Origin: an uncultured bacterium
Lineage (GTDB): Bacteria; Cyanobacteriota; Vampirovibrionia; Gastranaerophilales; Gastranaerophilaceae
Reading direction: 5' to 3'
Length of the DNA: 64,000 nucleotides
Assembly: GCA_949283255.1 (NCBI GenBank)
Contig: CASDRS010000001.1
Span: 51,749-115,748, forward strand
Shown here: one piece after another, positions 63,093 to 64,000 of the stretch
How the letters are laid out: each line of letters opens with the position of its first letter
Position numbering within the stretch: the stretch's first letter is position 1
The notes under the pieces: model-generated
Told to the model about the DNA's origin: nothing
The model's input: only the letters and a program-made list of their open reading frames with translations
Databases searched by the model: none
Translations under genes and position numbers: made by a program

Positions 63093-64000
63093 ATGTCTGA
63101 AATTCAGCTGGGTCTGGGTTCAAAAAACTACGGACAAGTCGAGACAAGTGAATTAAAAGGCGGGATTAGACGCGAACAGTTAAAAACTGATGAACAAAAA
63201 TCAATTTTTGACGCCGTTGACGTGGATAAAAACGGAATTTTAGACGAAAGTGAAGTACAAAAATTTACAGAAAAGCTTGAAGATGCTGCGGGAAACGAAA
63301 AATTATCAAAACGTGAAGCTAAAAAGTTTTTAAAAGAACAAAATCTTAAAAATATTGATAAAGAAGAACTATTTAATTTTGTAAATGATTTGAAAGAAAA
63401 TAGTGAAAATATTACAGACTCTAAAGTTATTGAAAATGAAAACGGGGAAAAAACTATTCTTGTAACGTACAAAGACGGTTCACAAGAAACAATTAATCCT
63501 GATAGAACATCTCAATTGGTTTCTACAAATCAAAACAACGCTGTTACAACAAAGTTTTTTGATGAGAATAGAAAATTAACCAAAGAGCAAGTTGTAGAAG
63601 AAAACGGGGATAGTACAGTTACCGATATCGTTGACGGCTTGCCTGTCAAAAAGACATCTGTGGAAAATAACGGAACAAAGACTTCTGTAGTTGAGTACGA
63701 AAACGGGAAGGAAGTTCACAAGAAAGTTACAGAAGGGACTAAAGAATCCGAATATCAATATGTTGATGGCAAACCTGTTTTATCTAGAAAAGTTGAAGAT
63801 TTAGGAAATGATATTAAACGAACTACTGATTACACTTACAATCAAGACGGAACCGTTACTGAAAAAATTACTGAACCTGATAAATATAATGTAAGACAAG
63901 TGAAAGATGGTAAAGTTCTTTCAGAAGTTATAACAGATAGTCAGAACAGAAAGACTGAACGTTTATACAGAGACGACAATATAACACAAGAAGTTGTTAC
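63093..64000 (+). CDS. EF-hand plus beta-hairpin-repeat protein (3-prime partial, runs off the window)
   Basis: Not in the ORF track because no stop is reached. ATG at 63093, 7 nt after AAGGA, and I read the frame open to 64000. It has a canonical EF loop DVDKNGILDESE, then units of about 20 aa such as VVEYENGKEVHKKV, EYQYVDGKPVLSRKV and DYTYNQDGTVTEKI. Confidence 0.7.
   Translation, partial: MSEIQLGLGSKNYGQVETSELKGGIRREQLKTDEQKSIFDAVDVDKNGILDESEVQKFTEKLEDAAGNEKLSKREAKKFLKEQNLKNIDKEELFNFVNDLKENSENITDSKVIENENGEKTILVTYKDGSQETINPDRTSQLVSTNQNNAVTTKFFDENRKLTKEQVVEENGDSTVTDIVDGLPVKKTSVENNGTKTSVVEYENGKEVHKKVTEGTKESEYQYVDGKPVLSRKVEDLGNDIKRTTDYTYNQDGTVTEKITEPDKYNVRQVKDGKVLSEVITDSQNRKTERLYRDDNITQEVV

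Noticed and set aside
1-64000. Mobile elements, prophage remnants, toxin-antitoxin pairs and known defence systems (RM, CRISPR-Cas, Abi, retron, CBASS-like).
   Set aside because: I found no transposase, integrase, recombinase, reverse transcriptase, Cas, methyltransferase-endonuclease pair or phage structural motifs in any frame. I also saw no flanking direct or inverted repeats or tRNA attachment sites. YraN and the family-4 UDG are housekeeping-type genes here.

Overview
AT-rich, gene-dense bacterial chromosomal window with about 65 CDS on both strands. I recognise no rRNA or tRNA genes, no CRISPR array, and no transposase, integrase or phage genes. Most of it is core housekeeping. This includes gcvT-gcvH-gcvPA, rsmH plus an ftsL-like gene, queF, recF, pilT, ychF, cobO, rimP-nusA and an RNase E/G operon led by a fused TIGR03960/TIGR03936-type radical SAM gene. 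It also includes a homotetrameric-type glutamate synthase, an H+-pyrophosphatase, two tandem plsC genes, a transketolase C-subunit gene, ftsE-ftsX, ribF, rpiB, comEC, an AMIN-domain amidase, murI, an alanine:cation symporter, a family-4 UDG and a MATE pump. Many operons are packed tightly, with 1-11 nt gene overlaps. Convergent gene pairs either share a clean bidirectional hairpin terminator or overlap at their stop codons. The gene content includes an LdpA-like Fe-S protein, a PBS-lyase-style HEAT-repeat protein, RNase E/G with a basic tail, PilT and an AMIN-amidase. That set fits a low-GC, Gram-negative, non-photosynthetic relative of Cyanobacteria (Melainabacteria/Vampirovibrionia-like), but this is inference only. 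I do not see a classical defence or mobile island. The best candidates for undescribed biology are listed here. (1) A single polypeptide with four tandem GntR winged-helix modules and no effector domain. (2) The radical-SAM / RNase E/G / two small membrane proteins / TPR operon. (3) An LdpA-like / HAD / mini YD-repeat / MBL-hydrolase operon, with a second paralogous small-ORF plus MBL pair elsewhere. (4) A pseudo-receiver plus degenerate GGDEF protein co-operonic with ftsEX. (5) A translationally coupled pair of paralogous 3-TM orphan membrane proteins. (6) A catalytically dead matrixin next to rsmH and the ftsL-like gene. All family calls come from reading motifs by eye in the supplied translations. 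No database search was run.
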